64,000 bases of DNA from the human T2T-CHM13v2.0 reference genome, Homo sapiens, in the NCBI RefSeq assembly GCF_009914755.1, contig NC_060930.1, one strand, 5' to 3'. The translations under genes were made by a program, and so were the position numbers. Shown piece by piece: positions 44,088 through 58,290 of this stretch; within the stretch, counting starts at the first letter, position 1, and each line of letters opens with the position of its first letter. The notes under the pieces are model-generated. The model was not told where the DNA came from, made no database searches, and saw only the letters and a program-made list of their open reading frames with translations.

Positions 44088-44414
<327 letters not shown>

Positions 44415-45602
44415 TTCTCACTCTTTACTCATGAAATAAACATAAGTCAAAGAAATCAATTTTTTCCCATAACCTGAAGTTTATTATTGGCTTGATAGCC
44501 ATGGTTGCTATCAAGAAGAGAACATTAAAAAGAAAAGTAACCCCTGCAATCAAGAAGAAAAGTAACCCCTCTGTAAGTGAAAATTTGCATTATACAAGGT
44601 TTACGTATGGAAACAAAACTCTAAAAAGAAAAAGAAATGTGAATAAATGACACTAATTCATTAACATTATAGAGGTTCAATTGAAGACCTTTTAATAAAA
44701 GCTTACAGAATAGTCTTTCTCATTGTCAATCTAATAAGGTCTTCCACCATTGCTTTTCTTAATAAAGCTGTTAAAATGTTAAAAATATATAAATATAAAC
44801 ATATTGATAAGAAGACTAGGAAATATTTTCTAATTAGTTACCAGTGCTTGACTTTCTAATTTCTATAGAATGAGTCCAATCTTCCAGAAACTGAGGAAGA
44901 GACATTCCCATCTGACACCTATCTCTTGTCACAATTCCCAAGTGTTGCATACTCCACCTGTCCCAGGCATTATAATAGCTCCCTGGAAAACTGATACTTT
45001 ATATTCTTCTACACATTCAAAAGAGTAGAGGAAAGCCAGTGTGTTTCTAAATCACAAAGCCAGTTGTTACTGTGCTTGTGTGTATGTGCTCACACACATA
45101 TGAATGTTTGCTAGTTGGGAGATGTACAGGAGAGCTGAGGAAGAGAGACAAACAATGAAAAAATGTGCCTAATGCTGACCTAATGAAATGGTACTCTTCA
45201 TGAGGTACAATTTTGCATTCCCTGCTGCCACAAGTGTTCTTCCAAAGACACCACTTTGCTTACTGATTGGTTTTCCTTTTCCATACATAAGAGAAATTGA
45301 TCTCACATCAGTCCATTTTCATTTGACTTATACCCCTAAGTTCCTTCTCATCCTTCTTTTTCCATTTGTTCTTTATTTATTCCTCAAGATCTATCTTATC
45401 TTTGAAGGCATCCTTAATTTCTCCAAATAAAATAATTTTTTCTGCTGTTTACTTTCCTCAACAGATCTTTGCACCAACTAATTTTATAATTTGTATTGTT
45501 TTAAATTATTTGCATAACAAGGAAGTGAGAAGTCCCTTACATTATATAATATTTGCTTAATTCTATACCTTTAGCACAGTGTCAAAACATAGTTAATATC
45601 AC

Positions 45603-46152
45603 CATATTAGTTCCCTATTACTGCATAACAGTATTGCCACACATTTAACAGTTTAAAACAATTCACATTTATTATCTCACAGTTTCTGTGGATCAGGAGC
45701 CCAGGCATAGCTTAGTTGGGTCTTCTCCAAGGTTACCATCATAGTGATAGAAAGGGCTGAGTTCTCATCTGAAGGTCTGAACGGGGAAAGATTTATTTCT
45801 AAGTTCATGTGGTTGTTGGCAGAATTTAATTCCTGAAAGGCTGTTAGATTGAGGGCCTCACTTTCTTTCTGCCTACTACCTGGAGGCTACTCTCAGTTTC
45901 TTGCCATGCGGAACTCCTCAACATTGTCACCTGCTTTAGCCAAGCCAGCAAGGGAGGGAATCTCTTTGCAAGACAGTTACTATTTCTTATATAATGTAAC
46001 TGTATAAGTGACATCTCATTACTTTTGCCATGTCCCACTGGTTGGAAGCAAGTTACAGGTCCCACTCATGCTCAAAGGAAGGGGAATACACAAGAATATG
46101 AATACAAAAAGGTGAGTATAATTGAAGGCCCTTTTAGAGTCTGTTCATTACA
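45603..46152 (-). mobile_element. MLT1E/F-like MaLR LTR
   Basis: catttattatctcacagtttctgtggatcaggag...gttgttggcagaattt...gaagcaagttacaggtcccactca. Confidence 0.8.
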
Positions 46153-47128
46153 AGCACATACGTTTTTCTTTTATTTATTTTATGTTTTGATGGAGTGAGA
46201 AGGCATAACACAGCTGGGTATTGACAGGATAGACAGGAGCAGCTCCAGCAGTTGGAGTGCCAGCTCGACTGTCTTTCTATTACACTGTTCCTTTGATTTT
46301 TCTTTCACACGACCATCCTTGTTGTTCTATGTATATGTTACTCTGTCTCACTCTCTTCCTCAGGTAGAAGACAAAATCTAAAAGACAATATTTACAAGTC
46401 AGTCCTGCAGAAAATTTTAAAGATAAAACAATAATTTACTAAATGCAGACTATAAAATCTTAGCTATAGTGTGTTTATAGCTCTTTAAAAACTCAAATAT
46501 TTATTATATGAAAATATTAGAATATAAATGTATTTATATTGGGTATCCCTGTACTGTGGGGCTATGGGTGATTTTTTAGTGATGTTGCTGCTATTTTTGC
46601 ATAATTTCTATTATATGTATGTATAATTGTTAAAATGAGAAAATAAAAGATGAAATTGATTTCAAAGTAAAAACAGTTTTTCATATTATATACCAGCTAT
46701 TACCATTAGTCTGATGAAAATAAGGTAAAATTTAATCAAGATTTTTTCCTGGTAGCATCTTGTTTTGGATGTGGTGATGCAGAACATTGACTAAAAATTA
46801 CTAGAATTTCTAATGCCTTTATTTTGAATATGAGTTTGAACATAGCCTATATTCATGGGGGCTATTATTCTAGGGTCATTTACACTGTAAGGATGCATAT
46901 GTTCTTTTAAACCTCAGGGAAAAAGAAACAGAACACATAATTCAGGGCCATTGTTAACTGAGTTGAATTTTGAAAAAAATAAAGTTGCCCCAAATATCTT
47001 CTTATCATAAAAGAGGAAAATCTAAGGAGAGATTCAGTTCTTGAAAAGTTTCAACGTTTTTTACAAAAACACCTTGAATGCTACAATAATTATCTGAAGT
47101 AAAAGATTACATCTGGTAATAGAAATGT

Positions 47129-47428
<300 letters not shown>

Positions 47429-48014
47429 TCAATAAATCACGGGCACACTGTCATTTATTCTGTGGAAGCCTTTGGCCCTAGAACATATCTATAGAGTTTG
47501 TTGTTGCTTTAAGCAACAAGAAATGAAGCTGTGGTTGTTATCATACACTCCTAGAATGGTTGCAGGAAACCAATGCCTTGACAAAAGGTTACTGACGTGT
47601 CTTTTGTAGGTCTTGGAAAAGATCAGAAGTGAAGAATAAAATAGTGATGGTTTCCTAAAAAATATAGTAATATCCTGATATCACAGCTTAATTGACCTCA
47701 AATATCCTGAAAGTTTAAAAGCTTTGGTCTTTGATGGAAATCTTAATGTGAATTAATCGATATGTATTCTGCACCATTTTGGTACTGAAGGTTTGCATAT
47801 CACAGGTTTTATTTAGCACTTTTTATTCATTGTGTTTTGTGCACTATTTTTAGCACTGAGCCAACGAACATTTCTCTAATTCAGTACATTGAATTTAGGC
47901 CAGAACAGTTGTACCATTTTTATGAACTAGAAAGAGGGCCTAGAAACTTGAGCTTGTCATGGGCTCAAGAAAGGTAAAAATAGGAAAAAAAATATACTCA
48001 CGTTTTATTTGTAT

Positions 48015-48092
48015 AAAATATATTTATATAACTATATATAGTATGTGTATGTGCATGTATACATGTATGTATGCACTTATATACATATGTGA
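48015..48092. repeat. (TA)/(TG)-rich low-complexity tract
   Basis: atatatatttatataactatatatagtatgtgtatgtgcatgtatacatgtatg. Confidence 0.7.
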
Positions 48093-48254
48093 TTTAAAAT
48101 GCTAAAGGAAAACCATAAAATTTAAATTAATGGATATTCCACTAAACATCTGCAAAATGTGTATCAACATTTTGTCAACTACACTAATTGGTTAGTATTC
48201 ATGAATATTTAACTATACTTGAAAAGAATTCTATTCACTAGAATTGAAACATAA

Positions 48255-48362
48255 CGAGGGAAGAGATTTATGTCTGCTCTGTTCTTTATTCTGCCCCAAG
48301 TTTCCTGAATAACACATGCACAGAGTAGAATCTCAATAAAATTTTTGAATGAACAAATGAAT
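48255..48362 (+). mobile_element. L2 3' end
   Basis: cacagagtagaatctcaataaaatttttgaatgaacaaatgaa. Confidence 0.7.
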
Positions 48363-49257
48363 TTGTAGGAATAACTTTTCTTGTTGACATGTGTCCCTGC
48401 TTAGACACAGTGATTTTTGAGGAATCATAAGCAGTGGTACATTAACGGTGGGTACTTGCAGCCCAACAATTACCAGAGCAACACCTAAAAAAATGGTCTC
48501 AAAATATTTCCAGCAAAAACAAAAAACAAGCAAACAACAAACAGTAAATGAACATGATAATGCAACCTCTTATATTAGTGTACCTAAAGTTCAAGGTTTC
48601 CTCCCCAGGGTCCCTGTGTTGCTATGTTCCTCCTAGCAAGCTATTCAGCACTTTTATAGTAGTGTTCATTAGTACTGAAAGGAATATCTCTCCAGTCTTT
48701 CTCAAGATGCAGAGGAAACCAGCCTAGTATCTATTGTAGCCCAGTGAAAGATGATGCCTTATAGGTTTTTTTTTTGTATAATACACAATGTAGAATTATA
48801 TATGATCAAACTAATGCTTCTTGGGTGCCTTCAATGTGTTCAGCATTATATAAGCACTACCTATTACACACATAGAGTAAAGCATGCCTCCTGTCTTCAC
48901 AGTCCCTGCATTCTATTGGAGAAGATAAGAAAAGTATGTTCAAATATTTTTCTCCTGCAATTGCTTTGTCTTCTTTTGAAATACTACATAGAAAATCCTT
49001 TAAAAGATGTCCTGATAAATATGTAACTAATTATCATTACCTCATGCTATATTTAAAGATATAAAATTTAAAATATTGTAATTTGTGTCCATACTTTGGT
49101 GATTGTGTGAGCTTCTGTTGTAGCTGATTGAGCCTGGATTTGTGAGCAATTTACCTTCAGTGGGCATAGAAGAACCACAAATCAAACAGACAAAATTTCC
49201 TTCCTATCCTTTTCAGATCCCTATTAGAGAGAGAGTGGAAATAAAAATGACCACTGG

Positions 49258-49584
<327 letters not shown>

Positions 49585-50282
49585 TTAATGGAACCCTTGG
49601 GAAAGGCAATGGAAAATTTTCAGTGTGTCTTTAGGTAGCAGCCAATGAAAGCTATTGGGCTTCACAGTGGTTCTGTGTATTATTCCCCACAGAACTAAGG
49701 GAGCACAATTTATAAGTACAAGAAGATGTGGATTTAAAAAAATAAAGAAACGAACACTTCTGTAGCTAATAACATGTTAGACAAACTCCAAAAAAAAAAT
49801 CTACTGTTTTGGGGGGTTTTTTGTGTGAATATGACACTTTCTTTCTGGTCATTATGGGTGTCCCCACTCCTTACTGCTTTACACAGATTCAATTCTGAAG
49901 TGCGTATTATATGCCTGGCTCTCAAAGCATTCTAGTGTTTACCAATTGGAAGACCTAAATAATATGAAAATTTGCTTGTAATCCTTGCTGACTGGTATCT
50001 ATGGCTTGTTGAAAGAGCTCAGAAGGTTTTTGTTTGGTATCCTATGTATAAGATGAACTGTACGGTGTTGCCTACAGCATCAAAATCCCTCCCTTATCTC
50101 AGGAATTGTACTGCCAAAAGTAACTACCACTTACTATATTGTTAGGCCTATCATCCAGCTCTGTCTCAGTCCCAAGTAATTTTTTGTCACTTGTGAATTT
50201 GGAGCCCAAACTGGGAGGAGTCACAATGAGTGGAGCGGGTTTTCAGAAACAGTGGATGGAGAATACTACACAGCAATTAGGG

Positions 50283-50480
50283 CCATGTTTCTCAACCTGG
50301 TTGTACTTAGAATCACCTGACAAGTTTTTTTTTTTTTAAACTACAATTATTTGGTCTACCTCCTCAAAGATATTAATTTCACTTGTCCGATGACAAGTCA
50401 GACATTTGCATTTAACAAAACAAACAATCAAACAAACAACTTTAGTGATTCTAATGGGAAACCAGAAATGATAATCATTA
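50283..50480. mobile_element. MER5B-like DNA transposon fossil
   Basis: gtttctcaacctggttgtacttagaatcacctg...gcatttaacaa...gtgattctaatg. Confidence 0.65.
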
Positions 50481-51149
50481 GGTTTTAAAATAGGACTTGA
50501 AGCCAGGACATTTCCATAAAAGAATGCTTCAAGTGTGCTTCATTTTCGGATACATTTTTCTTAATTGAACAATGGAGAAAGGGACAAATATGTGGTTTTA
50601 ACCTTCCTCCTATGTTGTAATTGACTTTTTCACCCCAGCGATGCATATTGAAACACCTGTGCAGGTTTGTGTTTTGAAGTTGGAGGCCCACAGCAGCATG
50701 TTCTGCATTCACAGACTTCAGGCACTTACATAGAGGATGTGGCTACTACAAAAAGAACTGTGTTCAGAAGTTCTAGAGAGTAACTCTCAAAGAGTAAAGG
50801 AAGGCCCAGGAAAAGCTACAATTGCTGCAGATTCATAAACATAATCCTAGAGAGAAAGGACTTGGTGGAAAATTTTGGAGTAATATTAGTTTAATTGCTT
50901 TGTTCCTAATAGATAGAGAAATATAATCCTTCTTGGTGGAACACATGTGTGATACTTATCAGAGCCATAATATTTTGGAAAAAAAAATTGTTCCAAAATA
51001 AATACTATATAGAAAGAGGAAGAATCCTTGTTCTGTGATCAAATTTCCTAATGCCTAATTAATATTTCCCACCAGACATCTTACTAGAAACTCAAATTTC
51101 ATTTGTTCAATTATGAATGAGCTTTCTTTTCCCATATCTTCTCTTTCAA

Positions 51150-51240
51150 GCCTCAGCAACTGGAGATCCAATTTCTCATCTGTGAAAAAAGATGTTTGAA
51201 CTAAATAGCTCTCAAAAGGCCCTTCCAGCTCTGAAGCTAT
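51150..51240. mobile_element. MIR/MIR3 fragment
   Basis: tttctcatctgtgaaa...gaactaaat..ctc..aaggcccttccagctctgaa. Confidence 0.65.
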
Positions 51241-54200
51241 AAGGTGCGGGGTAATTTTCAGTTTATTACGAAGAGCTTTACAATTATCTAGAACTTAATT
51301 CTTTCAAATCATTTACAATCATTATTTTTACAGTTAAAAATTGTATATTGTCCCTCTCTTTTTTCAATCTAATCAAACAAAGGAAATTCAGCATAGCTGC
51401 AAATTACCACAGACCAGAGAATGAGGAGTGGTAAGGCAAGCTCAGAGAGTGGGTTACCACTTCAGGCCATGCTTAGACCTCCAAACATTGCTGTCCTGCC
51501 TAATTCCACTAAGAATGGCAACAGCAGTCCATAGAACTTCCGTTCTAAGCATTCCATTCCACATTATACTTCCTACTATCTTTCTAAGAGCACTAGCTAA
51601 AGCAGTTTATCTGTTGAAGACTGTTTGCAGAGCTCTTAGTTTAGGAGAAGGTAATAGTCTCACAGAAGTACAGCTCCATGTAGTGTATCTCAGTGCACAG
51701 CAGACTGGCCTACTAAGGGCAAGCTAAATACAGGGAGAATGAAGAAATGGCCCAGTCCATGCTCAGCTGCTGGGAAGCTTTCCCCAAAACTCCCATCTCC
51801 TACTCTCTCTGTGATCACAGAGAACCCAAGGCTTTATTTGTATATTTGAACTTGAAATAAACCTTGAATACAGGTCTAATGGGAATACTGGGAGGAATTT
51901 TAGTGTTCTAATACGTTTGCTATCCAAACATCTCCTGGAACAGACATCAAAGTAAGAATCCATAGCTTTTATGTCCTATGTTTACTCCTTCCTAGGTATA
52001 GTACCTCTTTACTACTAGAACGTTTTCTCCTCATCTCTCTAGTTAACACAAGTAGTACCAAAATGAGTTGTGGTTTCTTTGAGGTGGTGTTCAGCTTGCC
52101 ATTTTTGTGGCCTTTTGCTCAAATGCTTCAAAAAGTTATTCTTTTAAGAAACATAAATTATAATTTTTTCTATATGTCTATCATTGAACTGTAACTGTCT
52201 TGAAGTTAGCACTTCATGGGATATGAAATATTCCCGAAGAACAGAACAAAAAGCAAAAAATATTCCTTCTTTAATACTTTACAATGAGACAAATAACTGT
52301 CCAGAAACATCACTATCTCATAGTGACTTGGCTGAGAATATTTTTTAAAGGCAGCTCATGGGAATTCAAATTAAAAGAAGCATTCTTAATAAGTGCGGAA
52401 CAAGAACAAAGAAGGTCACTTGCATATTTTAAATGTTTAATGTCATTAGTCTCTTAAAGCTTGCTTTCTGTGATGGGGGCAGACATACATAACACACTTA
52501 AAAATTCTTTGGTTGCTCCCTGGACTATTTTTGTTGACCATTATCTCTTCTACTCTTCCACTTATCTGAGTTCATATACTTTTCATCCATTCAGTTGTCC
52601 TCAAGGATCAAAACATATTTTCCCTTTTGGTAATGTTCACGATTTCTTCTCATCTTGTATGCTTATTTTACCTTTTAAGGAAAAATATAATTTCCTTCAT
52701 TGCCAAATTCTTAGGCTGCCGCCATCTTTTGCTTATATTTTATTAAATCCTTCTATTAATATTTCAAATACATAAATAAAATCATTATGATAGATGAACA
52801 GCTTATGTCTTCAATCTGAATGGGTAATGGAGATATTTTGTGTTTTCTTAAGTAAAACAAATTCAAGCCCAACATTTTTCTCTAAATAGTCTCTAGTTTT
52901 CTATTGTATCTTTTATTTAAATTTCTTATTTCAGTCAAATATACAACATGAAATAATTTCTCAAGAAGAAATCCTCTATTCCAAAAAGCAGGGTCTTCAG
53001 AGGGCCCCGAATTTTAAGATCCTATTTTAGTGTGAGGTGTCTACAAGGTCATGTCCTCACTGGAAGACTGCACTATGGCAGCAATCATTTTTGTTCTTTA
53101 TTGTTCTCAATTCTTTATTATTTTAGTGATTAGTGTAATGAGAGTCTAAGAGTTGTGTATTAAATTGTTGGACAATGAACTGAGAGCATAAAACCTTGCT
53201 CTTTTATCTGTTCCTATCTTCTTCCCCTCATGCCACCTTGTAACCAGACCTTGTAATCAAAACAGAGATGTAGGAATACATCGCTGTATTCCTAGTAGTG
53301 AATACCAGGCTCTATTAGAGTGCTGATTACACTTGGTCTTTGTGTTCTTTCCCTGCCTGTGTGCTCCTCAAATATGATGCCCAGATGTTTTCCATCTCTG
53401 AGTACTCGATGTTCAAAGAGGTTTGTTTTTGAACTGATTTCATTTGATTTTTTAATTTTGGTATCTATAAAACTTAAACTAAAAGTATTCTGAAATTTCT
53501 TCTGATTTTCAGAAACATTCCAGAGAAGAATTTATTTGTTTTGGGAAATTCTGATATAGTCTGAAAGGATTGTGTTAGAACAAATACCATTCCATTACTT
53601 TTTCCAGGCTCAGTTTTTGTTGTTTTATTTATTCTTCAGGAGCTTTCAGATTCCAGCTGTCTAGTAGGAATCAATGTATGTATTATTTTGTCTTTTCAAT
53701 GTCAAACCTCATAGTGACTTGAGTGAGAGTCTCTTTTTATGACAATGAAAATGTGAAACTATATTTAATACAAAATATTATTTGAGCAAAACATATAAGT
53801 TTCCACTGAGACTTTATCAAATACAATTTAAGATAATTTCAAGCGATTACACATTCTCCAGGGGTATCGATAGGTGAACTTTTCTGAGCAACTATTTCTA
53901 CGATGTAATTTAAATATAAAATGTCCTAGTTATGTACATAATGATGGTTGTGTGTGTGTGTAAAATCTCTTTTTATTTTGCCTAAATGTATCCACTTCAA
54001 AATTATTGTCACCAGTTTATGAGCTCTAGTTTAGCCATTTCCATTTTCAACTGCATCTGACAGTCTTCCACCAGAATGAAATTACTCCCCTGGAATTCTC
54101 CTAAATTGACAAATAGGCTCTACCCTTTCAGAGTGCTAAATCTAGGTGCTAAAAACAACAAAAAATTATCCCCCCAAAAATATCCCTTATTTCTACTAGC

Positions 54201-54959
54201 AGGTATTTTCTCTTTCAATACCATTAAATTGTCATTACAAAACTTGTCATTTATTTCCAGAATCACTCAATATACCCAGAATTACAACCACTCAACTATA
54301 AATGCCATTTAATTTAATAGCAATAACAATAAAAGGTTATGTATAATGTGTGATTTTTTAAGCTAAAATTGAAACAGAACATTTCAAAGTGGCTGAATGC
54401 TAACATAAATTGCCATTTATTATCTATTACATAAACAAAAGCAAGACAAAAAATTTATACTTTTTGCTTCCCCTTAGGGTAAGAGATTGCTGAAAGGTCA
54501 CCTGGGATTTCACTCACCACCTTCAGCCTGGAAGTATCACTGTCACTCCCTGCCTGACTGTAAAGGTGCTGGGACATGTAGACTTTTCAGAGGCTCCAAA
54601 GGAGTGGAGGATAGGAAATTTTTACTTAACATAGGGAGAAGTCAATGACAAGAGGCATTATCCTAGGTGAGAGCAGAATATATTCAACTTATTCTTAGAA
54701 AAGCTCTATTTATAGGTCATTTTAAAGATATGTGAAATGAAATTCTCTAATTATTTTCTTTTGAATGCAGACTATATGCCTCAGTTTTTATATTTGTTAA
54801 ATGACAGATTTTTAAATAAATGCTCACAAACTTCCCTTTCAATCACCCTATATTGAAGTACAAAAAACAGTTCTATAATATGATTATACACTTTAATAAT
54901 TAGTTTTATAAAAGCTCAGATAAGTAAGGGGTGAAAACCTGTATGATTCATGAAGCAGT

Positions 54960-55303
54960 TAATTAGTTGGAGATATCAGTGTAATCAGTATAATACAAAC
55001 ACAGAAGAAATACAGAGGAATACATATGTAAATATTTATAGATATAGGTATATATAAAACTTATTATACACACATATATTCCCTTCCTTTGTTAGTTGAG
55101 AGGGCCTAGAAGCAAGGGTTCCTCAGTGGCAATGAATGCTCCAAGTGCCCAGATCTTTCTTTCCAACATCATTCTCCAATAAAATGAACCAGGACTTCTT
55201 GGAGATATGATTGATTCTACGGCTAAGGCAGGGAATGTACAAGATGCCTGTGGAACATCTTATAATGCCAGAAAGAGAGAAAGTGCTTCAACAAACACAC
55301 ACA

Positions 55304-55343
<40 letters not shown>

Positions 55344-56420
55344 CACACACATTAATGGGGGTATGTCAATGGGACACAGGAGTCAACTGAAAAAGCTCTC
55401 AATGGCCAAAGCTGGAAATAATTTAGCAATAAGTAAAGGAGTACCGGTTTATAACACAAAATGCAAAACAAATAGCCATAAGTTCATATTAATATAACTA
55501 AATGATTAAATAAATAAATGGGCAGTTTAAACAAATATCACATACAGAAGAATCCAGAGTAATTTATGTACATGCATTTATGGTGCAACAGAACTCCCCA
55601 CTCCTTAATTTTAGGCTGCGCATAGTGATCTTCTCCCAGAGGTGCAGTATGAAAAAGAAGTATTGAAAAAAACACCTTACAGTTAAAAAAGAGGAACTTG
55701 AGTAAAAGAGTAACTTTACAGAAATCTGACAAGCAATATCTCAGTCAGGTATGTGAAGTTAGCATCATCCGTGATAATTCAAGTTGATAGTATCTGCCTG
55801 GTGATAGAGCAGAGGGCCCCCCACACAAAGACACACACACACACACACACACCAGGATCTCTGCACAGGAAGAGTGGGGTGGGTCAGGCTGCTGGTTCGG
55901 GCAAGCATGTGCTCTGAATGCCTGGAGATCTGCTTGGAGGTGGGGTAGTTGTACTTTTGAATGCAGCTTAAAATTAAGGAGAAGAGAATGTCAGTTTACC
56001 TCTGTGTTCTTCTTCTCTAAAACCCATGAACCCAATCTGCTACTGAGAAAAACATCAGACAAATTCCAGCCAATTACCTTTCCATAAAATACCTGACCAG
56101 TACCCCTCAAAATTGTCAAGGTCATAAAAAAAACCAAGGAAGATCTGTGAAACTCAGTCTAGAGGAGCCTAAGGAACTAAGACACTAAATATAACATGTT
56201 ATCTGGATGAGATCCTAGAGGAAAAAGAGAACATTAGGTAACACTGAAAAATTTGAATAATGTATAAACTTTTGTTAATCCTAATGTATTATGATTTATT
56301 CATTATTTGTGAAAAATATACCATAGTAATAAAAAGTAGGGGAAACTATAGGGAGAACTAGGTATGGTCCACAGGGGAAATCTTTGTACTATAATTGCAA
56401 CTTTTCTGTAAATTTAAAGT
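54960..56420 (+). mobile_element. L1MC (L1MC3/4-like) 3' region; its last ~30 bp resume at ~63870
   Basis: gagagggcctagaagc...ccaataaaatgaaccagg...ggccaaagctggaa...ttgcaacttttctgtaaat; contains (CA)n at 55295-55339. Confidence 0.8.
55791..55948 (-). repeat. Inverted copy of 57298-57478 (L1 5'UTR monomer with microsatellite)
   Basis: Reverse complement aligns by eye at ~90% over the ~93-bp core and shares the (CA)n/(TG)n tract. Confidence 0.9.
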
Positions 56421-57395
56421 GTTTGTGTTTTTTTTTTTTCCCCTAAGATGGTGGATTAGAGGTTTTTAGTGTGCCTCGGCTACTTGGAAATAGCGAGACA
56501 ATGCATAAACATCAACTCTGTGAGCTTTAATTCAAAAAGGAAAATAGGAACACACTAAAATTATGGACACTCCAGATCCCAGGGAGGATAACATAGCCAA
56601 ACAGCCCCCATGACAGCAACTAGCTGATAAAAGTGAGTGAAACCCCAGTATGTGAAAGAGACAGAGAGCCTCCTTCTGTGACTCACCTTTCCACCGAAGA
56701 GTGAAGCATCCCAGGCTGAGGGAGAGTACTTTCTCCCAAGTGCTGGTGCTAACTTGGGGAGAGGCTTGGAGGCACTGAAAGGGAATGACACCAGAAGCTG
56801 CAGGCATTTTTCCAGATCTAGGACTGAGAGCAAGATGCCATTTTTTATCTGGGCTCATACAAACTCATCTGTTCATTGGCAACCCGACAGCGTGGCTGTA
56901 TGGACATTTCTGTCTTGGGCAAGAGATTGGGGCCCTTGTTCTGGAGTGAGTGAGGGGACTTAACAGACAGAATTTTGAAAAGCAGCTGAGTAGTAAACTC
57001 TGGAATTGTGCTCTGCCCTCTCACAGACCTGGGGTGGTAGGAAAGCTGCTACTGCCGTGGTTTCTTCTGAGTGACAAGTGGCCTTGAAGACAAGGCCAAC
57101 TTGATGACCTGGAGCCACTCTGCATGTGTCATTGCTAGGTACCCCAGACTACTCCACTGAGATCATGGTGCAGTGGAGCCCTCTCTGCTCTATGACCAGG
57201 AAGAATTCCAGGCATTTGGAGCACTCACTTGCCTGAACCTGCAGCTTAAGCTACCCCAACCTTCATGGAAGCAGATTGTGGTGCAGTGGGACCCTCTCTG
57301 CCCCAACCCCAAGCAGATCTTCAGGCATTCAGAGCACATGCTTGCCTGAATCACCAGCCTGACCCACCCCACCCTTCTTGTGCCGAGATCCTGGG

Positions 57396-57399
<4 letters not shown>

Positions 57400-57436
<37 letters not shown>
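57400..57436. repeat. (TG)n microsatellite in the L1 5'UTR
   Basis: About 18 uninterrupted GT units. Confidence 0.95.
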
Positions 57437-57438
<2 letters not shown>

Positions 57439-58221
57439 GGAGCACAGGGGTCCTCTTTGCTTCATGGCCAGGCAGATATCCATAAATCTGGAGCACTCAC
57501 TATCCTGGATTAAGAATTCAGGTTGCCCCACTTTCTGTAAAGAGAACTTGGGGCCTAGGAAGTTTCCTAGGTCCATGTCTAGGCTCGCCTCTGGTTGCTT
57601 AGTGTCTGTCCTCTGGATTCTCCTTCAGCACTGGTGATTGTGCCTGCCATTGGAGGACCTGCAGGTTGGCCTGCCTAATCTGACCACATTTATTTTGCTT
57701 TTCAAACCTCCCAGGGTAGAGCAGGGAGCTCAGACCACTGTGCACTCCATGAATCAGCCCATTGCCTGAGGTAACAGAGAGCTTCTGAGACCCAGTAAAC
57801 AAAGATTAAGTATACACCTAGCTATGTTGGCTGCAGATAGCTGTTACCCATAAGCACCCTCTACTGCCTTGTAAGTCAAACTGCACAGCCCAATACAAAG
57901 TCTGATAAAAGAACTGCATAGGGTTATAGAAGCAAAGCCAATATATCCTACCCAGCATTCTCTACAGTCACGCCACCTTGGGAAAAGGAAAAAGAAAAAA
58001 GGAAAGTAAAAGGCAACAATAATATTATAGGGAAAGGAGGGAAAAAATCCTACGTGCATGAAAATAATTACAAAAATGAGACGTGCCGGTGTCTTTAGAT
58101 GAAAAGGAGTAAGCACAAGAATTCTGGCACCATGAAAGATCTGAATGTGGGATTCACCAAAGGATCTCACTATCTCTCCAGTAATGATTCCTAACCAAAA
58201 TGGAAACTCAGAAATAACAGA

Positions 58222-58290
58222 TACCCTAAAACTTAAAGTATAATAATAACAAAATTAAAAAAAAAAAGAAACTCAAGCCAAAAAAAAAAA
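58222..58290 (+). mobile_element. Extremely 5'-truncated young L1PA 3' end
   Basis: taccctaaaacttaaagtataa matches the reverse complement of 15504-15524 (young L1 terminus); followed by A-rich tail, 12 nt, second A-run. Confidence 0.8.

Noticed and set aside
57110-57560. Repeat-spacer-like array (CRISPR-like)
   Set aside because: Diverged ~113-bp tandem monomers of an old L1 5'UTR in a primate genome; no unique spacers or cas genes.
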